64,000 nt of DNA from assembly GCA_964016885.1 (NCBI GenBank), contig OZ024741.1, positions 74,400,001-74,464,000 on the forward strand. The letters run 5' to 3'. Position 1 is the first letter of the stretch. Each line of letters opens with the position of its first letter. The translations under genes were made by a program, and so were the position numbers. Shown here one piece after another: positions 1 through 12,713 of the stretch. Under the pieces are notes generated by a model. That model saw nothing but the letters and a program-made list of their open reading frames with translations, was not told the origin of the DNA and made no database searches. Source of the stretch: Eledone cirrhosa. Taxonomy: Eukaryota.

Positions 1-414
1 TACCATGTCAAGACATGAAACATACAAGTAAGACGTAGTTATCTGATCTGTCTTAACTCAGACCATAACCACCCATCCAAACCACTCCAGCATGGGAAAT
101 GGATGTAGAATGTTAATGATGATGATTATCATATTTCTAATGAAAAACATTGCTTATGATTTTGAAAATAATCATGAACTTGGATGGATTTAATAATATA
201 ACTAACTTTGTCATTAAGCTGGAACATAAAGGTTCATACATAGAGTCATGATGGAAGTGTTTTCTGATAAATATGAAAACTTAGATCATGGCATACACAC
301 AATTTTGAATTTTAAGGGGGTTATATTTAGGTAATTAAAACTATTAACCAGAAAAAAAGTCAATAAAATAACATTAATTAATCTACCACTACTGTTTACA
401 AAATCTTTGTTTAA

Positions 415-645
415 CCCTTTTGATATGAAACTATCTGAAACCACCCTTGCATCTACAATACAGAACAGTTTTTTTAAGTGTTTGTATAAATCTAAAACCT
501 TCCATGATAATTTTATGTAAGAACCTTTAAGTTATTTTTAATAATGAGGAAGTTAGTTATATTACTAAACCTTTCCAAATTCTTGAATATTTTCAAAATT
601 ATCTGAAAAACATAAGCAATAAATCTAGAAATGGTAATGGAGGGG
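415..645. mobile_element. piggyBac-like MITE (about 230 bp)
   Basis: TTAA|CCCTTT ... GGGG|TTAA termini. The internal sequence recurs more than 15 times in the window. Confidence 0.7.
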
Positions 646-2510
646 TTAAACAAAACACTACAAAATATTTATGTCTCTAGTTGCTTTATCATGATGATGA
701 TCTTTATTTTTATGACCCTTTGTGTTCTGAGTTCAAATCCCGCCGAGGTTAACTTTGCCTTTCATCTTTATGGGGTCGATAAAATAAAGCAGCAGTAATA
801 CACTGGAGTAATTGCTGGCCTTGTGCCAAAAGTAGAAACAATTATTTTTACATCCGCCTTTCCATGCTTCCATGGGTTAGATGTATCCTTTCCAGCACAG
901 CCTTCCTCCACTCATAGTGTTCCCTCATCATCGCCATTGTGATGTTCACTAATTGGAAATCACCTCTAACCACCTCTATGGATATATTTTCATCTCAAAC
1001 AAATAATTGTTTCATATGTGAGTGTGTGTAATGACTGAAATCAGTAAAAGAATGTATGCATGCTTGTACATAGTCACACTTACACACACTGTTGCTATTT
1101 GTAATATATTTAGTCAAGACTTTATTTCTTTCCTGATTGCTAGATTGCCAATGTGGCTATGTCATTTTTGAGCTACTCACTTGCTTTGTCAATGTTAATG
1201 TGAATTATAGAATACATATATCCATTTATTTTCATATTTTTAATTTATTTGAAAACTTGATAGAGGTCACTGTCCTTTAACCCTTTCATTACCATAATGA
1301 AACACACTGCTAATGATTTTCAATTAATTTTGAAAATTATAAAATATTTGGATAGATTTAGTAATATAACTTTTTCATTTCCTTCACAATTTTATGTCAA
1401 AACCTTTGTTATGTCATGCACTGACTTAATAATTGTTTCCACTTTTGGCACATGGCCAGCAATTATCCAGTGCATTACTGGTACTTTATTTTATTAAGGA
1501 TGAAAGGCAAAGTTAATCTCGCTGAGGTTAACTTTGCCTTTCATCCTTATGGGGTCGATAAAATAAAGTACCAGTAATGCACTGAGTAATTGCTGGCCTT
1601 GTGCCAAAAGTAGAAACAATTATTAAGTTGGTGTTTGGAGCATGACATAACAAAGGTTTTGACATAAAATTACAAAGGAAAAATGAATAGTTTTGTATCG
1701 TGGAACCAAGGGCAGCTTAGTTTGAAAAGAGTTAACATAAATGATAGAATATATATTGTTTTTTTTTAAATTTATTAGAAAACTTGATGTCACTGTCCTT
1801 TAACATTGAATTGAATTTTACTCAATAAACACTGACACTATATTTCTCCAATATATTGTGCAAAAAACAGCTGAAGTATGCTAAAAATTTGAATCTTTAC
1901 AAAAACAGTACAGGGTTTAACCGAAGCTGTGAGAAATGTGCATGTAAACATACACATTATCATCACCATTTAACATCTATTTTCCATGTTTGCAAGGATT
2001 AGATGGGTTTTCATGTTCTGAGGTTTAGCTCATATATTCTATTATTGGTATGGTTTCAACAGCTGGATGCCAACCCCTTTACAGCAGATACTGGGAGCAT
2101 GTTATTGTGGTACCACCTTACAAAGTGAAAACTGGTTGTTTTTTATCGTGGCATAAAAATTAGTAAGAATTCTATTGAATAAAAAGGTACACAATATCAT
2201 GACATCTATAAAATTGTACTATTATTTGTTAACTATTTTTATTATTCAGTTATTAAACACCATGCTGGTGTACTGCAATGAAGGAATTTAGTTGATCACA
2301 TTATCCTCAGTACTTTTCTTTTTTCAATTCTAGTACTTCTTTTTTATTGATCTCTTTTTGTCAAACCATTAAGAAAGGTATCTAGCTGTAGAAACACAAC
2401 CAAAACAAATAGAATGTATGACCCTAATGTGGTTCTTTGAACTATCTAGTCTTAGATCATGACAATCCACCCAACATAAGTCGGCATGGAGAAATGGATG
2501 CATGGTGATT

Positions 2511-2542
<32 letters not shown>

Positions 2543-3830
2543 AATGGAAGCAAAAGCATTGTGAATCAAATGAAATGCAAAAGTTCACCTTATAATAAAT
2601 CTAGACTGCAAGACAAGTATGCACAGTTGATTGTATGGTGTACTTGGGGATTGAATGAATAGAGGAGTATCACATCACTGGCATGGAAATGGTTTTGTTT
2701 AAATAAATTCTAATGAGACAATTATTTCCAAAAATTGTCTAGATTAGCTAGATTAAATGTTAACTCATTTGATAACAAACAACCTGAAACTGCCCCTATT
2801 CTTTGATACAAAACTGTTTGTTTTAAAGTGTTTATACTTATCTAAAATCCTTCCACCATAATGTTTTAGTTTATGTTCCAGCAACCGACCAAATACTGAG
2901 AAAATCATATTATCCCTTTCCTCTAAAATTCCTGATTATTTTCCAAATCATTTTAAAATCATAAACAATGTATTTCATTTGAAATAAAACTTTCATCATA
3001 ATTCTATGTAAGAACCTTTGTTAGATTATGTTCCAAACATCAACTAATAATGATAAAATTAGTTATATTACAACACCCACTAAATTGTTGATTATTTTCA
3101 AAATTATTTGAAAATCCCTGGCAGTGTCTTTCATTAGAGATATGGTAATGAAAGGGTTTAATTCTAGTGAGACCAGTGAATGGAAGGAACACATCTGGTA
3201 AACTTAGAACACAGTTATTTGATAAAAAGTGCAATATTTAAACATTAAATACATCATTTCAGGTTCTTTATTTAAATAAAATATCAATCTTTGCCCTTTT
3301 GGATTACATTAAATATATAATGACAAACCACAGCAGAGTATTATTATATTTATGATTTATTTCACATAAAACGATTTTCTGAATTCTGGGATTTGTAACA
3401 CAAATCGTTTTTTTTGTTTTTGTTTTTTGCGAATATAATTTTTCTATAAGATTAGTTGAGATGACAGCTGAATGGCAAACTGGATAACTAGATTAGTATT
3501 CTATTATTATTCTTATGTTTTAAAATTATTTTCTTTTTGTTTTTGATTTCACCAGAGTCAACTTTATTCTTTCCTTAATTATTAATCCTTCTAATGACTT
3601 CCAAATAACTTTGAGAATAATCAAGAATTTGGAGGGATTTAATAATATAACTTTCTTATTGTTAAGATAGTGCTGGGAGCATGACTTAACAAACATTCTT
3701 AACAAAGAAACAGTGTAACAAATATAAGTGTTAGTTTTTAGAATAGAAAGTGAGCCATTGCTTTCTGGGATATGGTGTTTATATTGAAGACTAATTAATT
3801 AAATATTCCATGGATTATTAACTCCTGATG

Positions 3831-5647
3831 AAGGAGACGCCCTAGATAGGAGTAACTATAGAGGCATTAAATTAATCGACCAGGTCATGAAGGTCACGGA
3901 AAAAGTAATAGCGCAACTAATCAGAGAGAGAATTGACCTAGATGAAATGCAGTTCGGGTTTGTGTCAGGCAAAAGCACCACAGACGCTCTTTTCATAGTA
4001 CGACAACTACAGGAGAAGTACCTAGCTAAAGGTAAACCCCTCTACTTAGCTTTTGTCGACCTGGAGAAAGCCTTCGACAGAGTCCCCCGCTCCATTATCT
4101 GGTGGGCTCTTAGAAAACTAGGCGTTGACGAATGGCTTGTGAGGGCTATACAAGCCATGTATAAAGAAACAGTCAGCAAGGTTAGAATTAACAACGAATA
4201 TAGTGAAGAGTTTAGCGTAAAAGTTGGCGTCCATCAGGGCTCTGTTCTCAGCCCCCTACTATTTATTATTGCCCTTCAGGCTATAACAGAGGAGTTCAAG
4301 ACAGGCTGCCCATGGGAACTCCTATACGCAGACGACCTGACACTCATAGCGGAATCAATGGCCGAGCTAGAGAAGAAATTCCAAACATGGAAGCACGGCC
4401 TAGAGTCAAAAGGACTTAAAATTAACCTGGCTAAGACCAAAGTTCTAGTTTGTAGGAAAGAAAATGAGGCGGCGGTCCCTTCTGGGAAATGGTCGTGCTC
4501 GGTGTGTAGGAAAGGCGTAGGTAGAAACTCCATTTTATGTCCTAAATGCAAAGTATGGGTGCATAAAAGATGTAGTGGGATCACAGGTAAGCTAACTAAG
4601 AACATAGATTTTACATGTGGCCGGTGTACTGGTGCAATAAGTAGCAGCAAGTGCCCACAAAATACTAGCTCTTTCAATTGCGCAAAAGGTTCTATAGAAA
4701 TAGTGGACAGCTTCCGTTACCTGGGCAATAAAATCAGCAGTGGGGGAGGGTGCTCTGAAAGTACTGTAGCTAGAGTCAGAACTGGTTGGAAAAAGTTCAG
4801 AGAGCTTATACCACTATTAGCTGCTAAAGGGTTCTCCCTAAAAATGAAAGGCAGGTTGTACGATGCCTGCATACGAACAGCAATGTTGCATGGTAGTGAG
4901 ACCTGGGCATTGTGTGCAGAGGATATACGCAGACTAGAGAAGAACGAAGCTTGCATGCTCCGCTGGATGTGTAACAGTAATATACGTGAACGGCAAAGCA
5001 TAAACGAACTAAGGAAAAAATTAGAGATAAGAGGGATCAGATGTTGTTTACTCGAGAGAAGGCTGCGTTGGTATGGACACGTGATGCGCATGAAAGTCGA
5101 TAGCTGTATAACAAAGTGCAGGGCAATAAAGATAGACGGTAGCCACGGAATAGGCAGACCTAGAAAAACCTGGGATGAGCTGATAAACTCCGACCTCACA
5201 CACTTACACCTCTCCAAGACAATGTCACTGGACCGAGACCTTTGGCGGTACTCAGTAACAGAGAAGACCCGCCTTGCCAGTAGGCATCTCTAACAAAATA
5301 CACCCCGTCCCGCCACCACCCCCACCCCATCCACACCACCCCGTTCTATGTAAAGTTATGTTGGTGCCGCGCCATCCAGGCCGAAACAAATGAGATCGTG
5401 TAGGTGTCACGACAAAAAAACACACAGTCCACGCTGTAATGTGGCCGTGTAGGCAACACGGTAAAAACCTCCCAGACCCACACTGTAAATGTGGTTGGTG
5501 TTAGGAAGGGCATCCAACTGTAGAAAACCTGCCAGACAGTCCTATGCGAGCAAGACAATCACTCTTGCCTCAAGTGGGACTACCCCCGTCCAAACCCATG
5601 CAAGCGTGGAACACGGACGTTAAACGTTGATGATGATGATGATGATG
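3831..5647 (+). mobile_element. 5'-truncated RTE-clade LINE (family 1), young copy with uninterrupted partial ORF2
   Basis: Frame is open from KGDALDRSNYRGIKL through the RT motifs, followed by a 3' UTR and (GAT)n tail. TGATGAAGG at both ends (3826-3834 and 5643-5651) is a likely target-site duplication. Confidence 0.95.
3887..5293 (+). CDS. Partial LINE ORF2: reverse transcriptase, PHD finger and RTE C-terminal region (endonuclease lost by 5' truncation)
   Basis: Motifs QFGF, FVDLEKAFDRV, GVHQGSVLSPLLF, LLYADDL, FRYLG, HGSETW, RRLRWYGHVMR and GRPRKTW. C4HC3 motif at 4496-4627. The listed ATG is internal to the original ORF. Confidence 0.88.
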   Translation: MKVTEKVIAQLIRERIDLDEMQFGFVSGKSTTDALFIVRQLQEKYLAKGKPLYLAFVDLEKAFDRVPRSIIWWALRKLGVDEWLVRAIQAMYKETVSKVRINNEYSEEFSVKVGVHQGSVLSPLLFIIALQAITEEFKTGCPWELLYADDLTLIAESMAELEKKFQTWKHGLESKGLKINLAKTKVLVCRKENEAAVPSGKWSCSVCRKGVGRNSILCPKCKVWVHKRCSGITGKLTKNIDFTCGRCTGAISSSKCPQNTSSFNCAKGSIEIVDSFRYLGNKISSGGGCSESTVARVRTGWKKFRELIPLLAAKGFSLKMKGRLYDACIRTAMLHGSETWALCAEDIRRLEKNEACMLRWMCNSNIRERQSINELRKKLEIRGIRCCLLERRLRWYGHVMRMKVDSCITKCRAIKIDGSHGIGRPRKTWDELINSDLTHLHLSKTMSLDRDLWRYSVTEKTRLASRHL

Positions 5648-8600
5648 AAGGCATAGTGCTACTGTCATGATATAAGGTGTGTTTTGGGTATTTAAACCTG
5701 CTGGTGATCATATCTCCCCAGGTCTGAATGCAGGCTGATTTTTCTAGAGGAAGTGAGCAAGAGAGAAGTGAGTAAGATATATAGAGGCAAAATTGACACT
5801 TGTACTGGACTAGTACTTTATTTATCGACCTCAAATGAGTGAAAGACAAAGTTGACCTCAGTAATATTTAAACTCAGAGTACAGAGAGCTGGAACAAATA
5901 CCACAAAATATTCTATCCTACATTCTAATGACTCTACCAATTCAATGCTTATCAAGTGGAAGTTAGATGTTAAATCTAATCTATGAGTTCAATAGTAGAA
6001 AAATAATATTAATAGCTTAAGTCAGAAAACTGTATATTATGTGTTAATATTAGCTGTGATTGACACTATTGAAATTTTTTCCACTTTACTGGAATATACC
6101 TTTTAATCATTTCATAGATCATAGTTAACTAATATCTTTTCTCCCCAATAGAATCTAGTATATTGATGTCTATTTTAGAAGCCGATATCAATAAAACTCA
6201 TATATTACATCTTATTACTCATACATTACTTATAAATTCATATAATATTACTTGCTTATATTGGGTTGTTCAATGATTTGTAACTTCACATCAGGTATGT
6301 GTTCAATGGTTTATAGCGGTGAATTGGCAAAGTTACTAGTGTCTGATACAATGTCTTGTGGTAGTTGTTCTGGTTCTCTGTACATTTAGTGTTCAAATCC
6401 CACTAAAGTCAACTTTATTTTTCAACCTTTTGTGGTCAATAAAATAAAGTGCCACTCAAATGTTAGGTTCTTTTTAAATACTTAAAAAAATAATGATTTT
6501 CAATTTAGGCATAAGGCCAGCAATTTGTTGATGACAATGATGATGATTACCATACTTCTAATGAACATTACTTATGATTTTCAAATAATTTTGAAAATAT
6601 TCATAAATTTCGATGGATTTAATAATGATTTCTAACCTAGGAACAAGGCTTGCAATTTGTGGAGAGTGGAAAGTCAATTATCTTAACCCCAGTACTTGAT
6701 TTGTACTTGATTTTATTGACCCGGAAGGATGAAAGACAAAGTTGACAATGGTGGGATTTGAAACCAGAATGTAGCAAACGATAATAAAATACTACAAAGA
6801 CTTTCATCTGACACACTAACAATTCTGCCAATTAACCGGTCTCGAAAATACTTAAAACAATCATGTTCTTCCATCATATCTCTGTACCTATCCATAAACC
6901 TTAAAATATACCCAAAATATAATCATCACTAAATTCTTTTATTCTTTTTCTGATCTCAGTTATAAAACTGTGACTATATGGAATTCTACACAGCTTCCAT
7001 CAATCAAATTTCAGTCAGAAGGCATTGGTCAACCCAAGAATATAGAAGAAAACACATGCCCAAAGTACCACTTAGTGCGAGTGAAACCTGAAACTACATG
7101 GTTGCCAAGTGAACTCCTTAACCACACAGCCAACCCTGCAACTACCTAACCAATGAACTATGCCAGCATTTACCCAAATCCCCAGCCACCCACGCACTAA
7201 AAAAAGGAAAATAATAATAAATAAATAAATAAGAATGTCAGAAAAGTTGTGAATATCCACTAATCAGAATTATCTTGACATTAAAAATAACTCAAATGAT
7301 ATTTTGGTTTGTAGTTGCTGACAAGATTACAGCCCTTGAAAACTGGCTACTGGTTGTGAAGTGATGAAAGAGTTAAGACAGTATATGAACATTCTTGAAA
7401 ATTTCCTTCTAAACTGCCAAAGAAGAGAAACACTTCAATCAATTCTGAAGTAAATTTTATACAGCAGATATATGTGGAATTGGCTTCTGTTCAACGGTGA
7501 GTACATCATTCTTTTATTAGTTTTTTTTTTCGGTCATTAGACAGCAGCCATTCTGGACACCAACTTCAAGGGATTTAGAAGAACATACTGACCTCAGTAA
7601 TTTTCCTTCATTCTTTAACTGGTTCTCAGTCATTAAGCTATATCCATGCAAAATCATCACCTTCAAGTGATTTAATTGATTATATCAACCCCAGCACATA
7701 CTTTTTTAAAGTCTGCACTTATTTTATCAATCTCTAGTTCATCAAAAAGCCAATTTATGTGACAACATACATAAACATACACATATATATAGCTTTGGCT
7801 GTGCAAACTTTAGGAAAAAACTCAATAGATAGATAGCTGCGAAGCTATAATAAATTATACAACTTGGGGCCAGAAGTTTCATGCGTAATGCACCTTTTAA
7901 AGTTTGAAAAGTTCATTAAGCATAAAATTCCTGACTCTTGGAGTCACTAAGATAACTGTAGTTATAATATGTGTGTGTGTATTCCAAAAATACAATTTCG
8001 CTATGAGTGGGAAATGGTACAGTTAATTGGTCAGACTTGTTTCATAATGGAACCACCCAGCTCCACACTGTACACTTGGTTGGGGGTTGGGAAGGACATC
8101 CAACAACTGTAAAAACTCAGCCTAAATATGGTCCCATTATGAGCAAGGTATAACATGGCCAACTGGTCAGACATGTCTCATAATGGTGCCACCCAGTTCC
8201 ACACAGTAAACATGGTTGGTGTTAGGAAAGCCATCCAGCTGTAAAATAACCCAGCCAAAATACAGTTCTGTTTGAGCAAGGTATCGTGTGGCCACCTGGC
8301 CAGACTTGTATCATAACGTGGACAACCCATCTAATCCATGCAAGCATGGAAAATAGACATTAAATGGCGATATATACACACACACACATACTGTGTATAT
8401 CCAGTTAAGAGTAGGTACACCGATGCAACTAAAAGGATTGGTGTCAGGAGGGACATCTGGCTGTAAAACATTGCCTCAAAAAATCGTGTGCAGCACGGAA
8501 AAGTGGACGTAAAAAGAACAATGATGATGTTGGCTTTTGTACAGTTTCCGCTTATCAGATTTCAACCACAAGACATTGGTCAACCCAAGGCTATAGTAGA

Positions 8601-8899
8601 AAACACTTGTCTAAGGTGCTACACAATGAGATTGAACCAAAAACCATGTAGCTTGGAAGTGAACTCCTTAATCATACACACACTCATGCACTAGAAAATC
8701 TGATGACCTTAAGTTCGAATAATCAACAGCAGACATAAAGTTGTTTGAATTGCTTGAAATCACAGCCAAATAACTCTCAAGCTACACCATACTATCTTAA
8801 AAAAGGACACATGAGATAATCCTAAAAATATCATATGTCCATTTGATCAGGGTTGACCTGGAGTTAAACAATGATAAAATGTGAGTGAATCTCTATATT

Positions 8900-9385
8900 A
8901 TTGCCCGACTTACTAGTAATAGTAGCCAAATTTCCCATACATCACACTCTACCAACAAGAGAGCCTGCTAGAAATATCAACCAAATCTCCCTCATATAAA
9001 ACATTTCCATCTTAAATAAAAACAAATACATCAAGCTCACAGGGGAGCCTCTATGTGATCATTTGACCTGCTAGAAATAGCAGTCAAATCCTTACCATCT
9101 TAAATAAAGAAGGATACGTTTAAACCACAGGCGAGCCTTTATGTAGTCATTTGAATGATTAGAAAAACAGCCAAATCCCATCTTAAATAAATGGATACAT
9201 TGAGCCAACAGGGAAACGACTATGCGGTCATTTGACCTGCTAGAAATAGTAGGTAAATCTCCTTCATACAACACACTACCATCTTAAAGAAGGAAACATT
9301 GAGTTAACAGAAGAGCCTCTATGTGGGCATTTGACCTGCAAGATATAACAGCCAAATTTTCTTCAAATCACACCCTATCATCTAC
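8900..9385. repeat. Degenerate tandem array of 80-100 bp units
   Basis: GAGCCTCTATGTGGTCATTTGACCTGCTAGAAATAGCAGCCAAAT..CCATCTTAAA repeated about 5 times. Confidence 0.75.
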
Positions 9386-11559
9386 CAAATTTCACTCATT
9401 AAGTGTTGGCTATAGTAAAGGTGCCATGCAGTGTGAATGAGCCTGAAATGCCTGGTTGCAAAGTAAACTCTATAACCAAGCAGCTATGCCTACTCCTGTT
9501 GTTTAATAGAAACTGCATAGCCTAACCTAACATCGAAATATCTAAATTCTTATTAGCTACATAAGGACCAAATTAATAATTCAATCTGCAAAAACAATTT
9601 CAAGTAATTTCATATTGGCAAATTCTTATTATTCATTGAAAATAGATTCCACATTTTGATGTTAATTTTAAGATTTTCTTCATTTAATTCGATTGAATTT
9701 CTGAGACAAATTTCCCCATATCTGATGAATAGCAAACTGTTTAGACAGAACAGAAATTGACCCCCAAATATCTTGTAGTCATTAAAAAATATATTAACCT
9801 CTATGATATTATATAACAAACATCAACTAAATTACTTTATTATAACATGAATCATCAACTGAAGTGAATTTCTCATTTCAGTAGAGACTGTAATGGACTG
9901 TTTATTCTGGGATTTAACTGCAATGAAGGCATGTGACTTAGTAGTTAGGAAATTGATCTTATGGTTGTGAGTTATATTTCCAGACTGGCTGCCATGTTGA
10001 GTCCTTGAACAAGAAACTTCATTTCATATTACTTCAGTCCACTCTACTAATGTCATGCTGTATCAGCTTGTGCCTTTCCATTGAACAACATTGATGACAT
10101 AGAGAGAGGGCTTGCTTATATGGATGTTTGGTGGTCTTCCACAAAACATCTTGCCCGGGTTTATGCCTTGGAGAGCAACATTCCAGATACAAAACTATGG
10201 TCAGTCATGACCAAAAAGATCTAACTACTGTTTAGTGCTCCTACCTCCAACATTGTTTCATCTTAACTTTCTTAATAATGCACATTTTTTAGGACGCTTC
10301 AGTTGTATCAATGATACAACAATCTCTTTAGTGTTGGTGATCTACATGATAAATGCACCCAGTACAAGCTGTAAAGTGATTGATGTTAGGAAGGGTATCC
10401 AGCCCTAGGAAACTTGCCAAGCCAAAAATTTGGAGGACTCTTCAGTTGTGTCAAAGACATGCCAATCTCTCTAGTGCTGGTGTCATGATAAAATGTGCTT
10501 GGTAGAATGTGGAACTGTATGTAAGTGGGATGTGAACCCCCAGCTTATCTGGAAGGTCAGTGGACCTGCCTCAGTACAGATTCAGTCTAGGAAGAACTGT
10601 CCAACCATTGCTAGCAGGGAATGTGGATGTTAAAATGATGATGATGATGATGATGCTTTTTTGAAGGTGTAGTTTACAATTATGTTGATGGAATTTAAAG
10701 CAAAAAATTCATTTTCGTTTTATTTTATTTTATTTTTTTACAATTCATAGTTGTAGAAATGACATTGCATTCCGGTATAAATTCTATGACATTATCCTGA
10801 TTGATATTATTCATTATCAACATAAAATTGGAAGGTATGATGAAAAAGATTTCTGCATTTACATTTAGCCTACCACAAAAACAAATCAATAGTATTCGGT
10901 AAATGAAAAGATTAACAAACAGAACTTTACAATAATGAAAGTATTAAAAAAAAAACATCAAGTAATTTTTTTTTTATTTCATCGATATAATTGTAATCTA
11001 TACCTTAAAAAAAATTACCTCTTCAAAATAAAAGATATGCATTATTAAGAAAGTTAAGAAGAATCAAAATTCAAGTGGGGAGGAGTTCATTAAGCTGTAG
11101 TTAAGCCTATTCTTGATGTGATAATTTATTACTGCTACAGTATAGAAAGATAATAACCACCTGTAAAGTTATTGGTTATTCAACAACATAAATGTTTTAA
11201 GGTAATTTTCTCTGCTAAAACAGAGGTTAGTCTTGTGGACCCAATCATACTCATCATGTCATGAAGTCCTTTTTGAGGTAATATTTTACAGATATTTTCC
11301 CTTCCTGTCACCAACTCTTTTAGTCACCCCTTACAGCACACAAGAATATGGATACACACAGTTAACATTAACATATACACAATATCATTTCCTCTGCTAA
11401 AGCAGGGGATAGTCTTGTTGCCCTGGTGATAAACATCACACTTATCATAGGGTCCTTTTTGAAGCAATCATTTACAGCTGATACTCTTCTTGACATCAAC
11501 ATGGCTAACCCCCTCTTATGATGTAATAATTCACTACTTCTACAATATGAAAGAATATG

Positions 11560-11935
11560 ATCATGAATACAAGTGGCTGAAATGGGATTCCTCTGACAGA
11601 GTGTGTAGCTCGGAGATCAGAGAGGCACTCCAGGTAGAGCTGCTACTTCTCTGAATTGAGAGATCACAGCTCCGATACTACAAGCATGTCATCAGAATAT
11701 CTAAGGAAATAATGGCTGGACAGATTCTATGGGCAAAACCAACCAGCAGAAAACCAAAGGGTTGACCATGAGTAAGATAGTTGGAAAACTTCTATGAGCT
11801 CAGCTGGTGTCACTTGGGGATCCAGCCTGATCAATTGGGGACAGTTGTTTCTGATTGGCCCTGCTGGAAACATGCTTGAGGACTCTGTCCCTACGACCCT
11901 TCCAGGAATAAGTAGGCAAAGAGAAGAAGATGAAA
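11560..11935 (+). mobile_element. RTE family 2 3' fragment
   Basis: Shares CACTCCAGGTAGAGC...CTACTTCTCTGAATTGAGAGATCACAGCTC with 49278-49325, and has a GAA tail. Confidence 0.8.
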
Positions 11936-12129
11936 AAGGTTGCACAAAGCCTGCTATACATCATTTCCTAACTGAATAAAATTACTTAACTACTGTAGCA
12001 TATTATACACTTACCTAAATAATAATACCATTAGTCTATAGTTTAAATTGTGTCAAACATGATTTTGGACACTACCACCCAACTGCATAACCATGAAAAA
12101 TGGCAGAAAATATTAGTCTTTATGTCATC

Positions 12130-12713
12130 ACTTCAAAGGTTGAATATATCTGTCACAATCAGGTGGATTCCATAAACACAATTAAACAAAACCCACTAAA
12201 ATCTATTGCCTCCCTTTTATATTTAGAAAACAATATTATATCCACATACAATGGTGCAACACCTTGTTTCTTTAAATACTTGGGCTATTCTTGATGGCCT
12301 CAGTTTTCCTCTGGAAATCATCACTATCAGATGATCTTAAGAGGAGCTTTTTCTGTGCCACTGTGGAATCAGTGTTATTGTATATATGGACCATCTGGAC
12401 ACTCATGAAACACCTGAAGACAAAGCTAGATGACACATACACCCACATGTTACAAGCCATTTTGAATGTCTCCTGGAAAGAACATTTGCAATTAATGTCA
12501 TTAAAGGGAGATTACATGTGTTTTGTAGGACATTACTGGAAAGTTAAGTAAGAACACATTCATGATATATTCTTATGGATACCACAACATACATATATAA
12601 GGGTCAACTGTCCAGCCCTACACAGACATGGAATGTTGCCCTGCTGACCTTCCAAATGCTATACAGGATAGAATGAAACAAATTTGAGCAAGCTTGACCA
12701 GATGATGATGATA
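12130..12713 (+). mobile_element. Old RTE-like LINE fragment (third lineage)
   Basis: Peptide remnants FFCATVESVLLY..WTL and MLQAILNVSWKEH, with a (GAT)n end. Confidence 0.6.

Noticed and set aside
3822-3834. CTGATGAAGG as a hammerhead core interrupted by the RTE
   Set aside because: The reconstructed empty site has no stem II or GAAA box.
4276-5217. Minus-strand ORFs of 133 and 166 aa (and similar ones at 21810-22382 and 58231-59015)
   Set aside because: Antisense shadows of the RTE ORF2.
7465-7502. Possible plus-strand micro-exon (acAG...ACG|GTGAGT)
   Set aside because: Weak acceptor, unrecognisable peptide and no partner exons.
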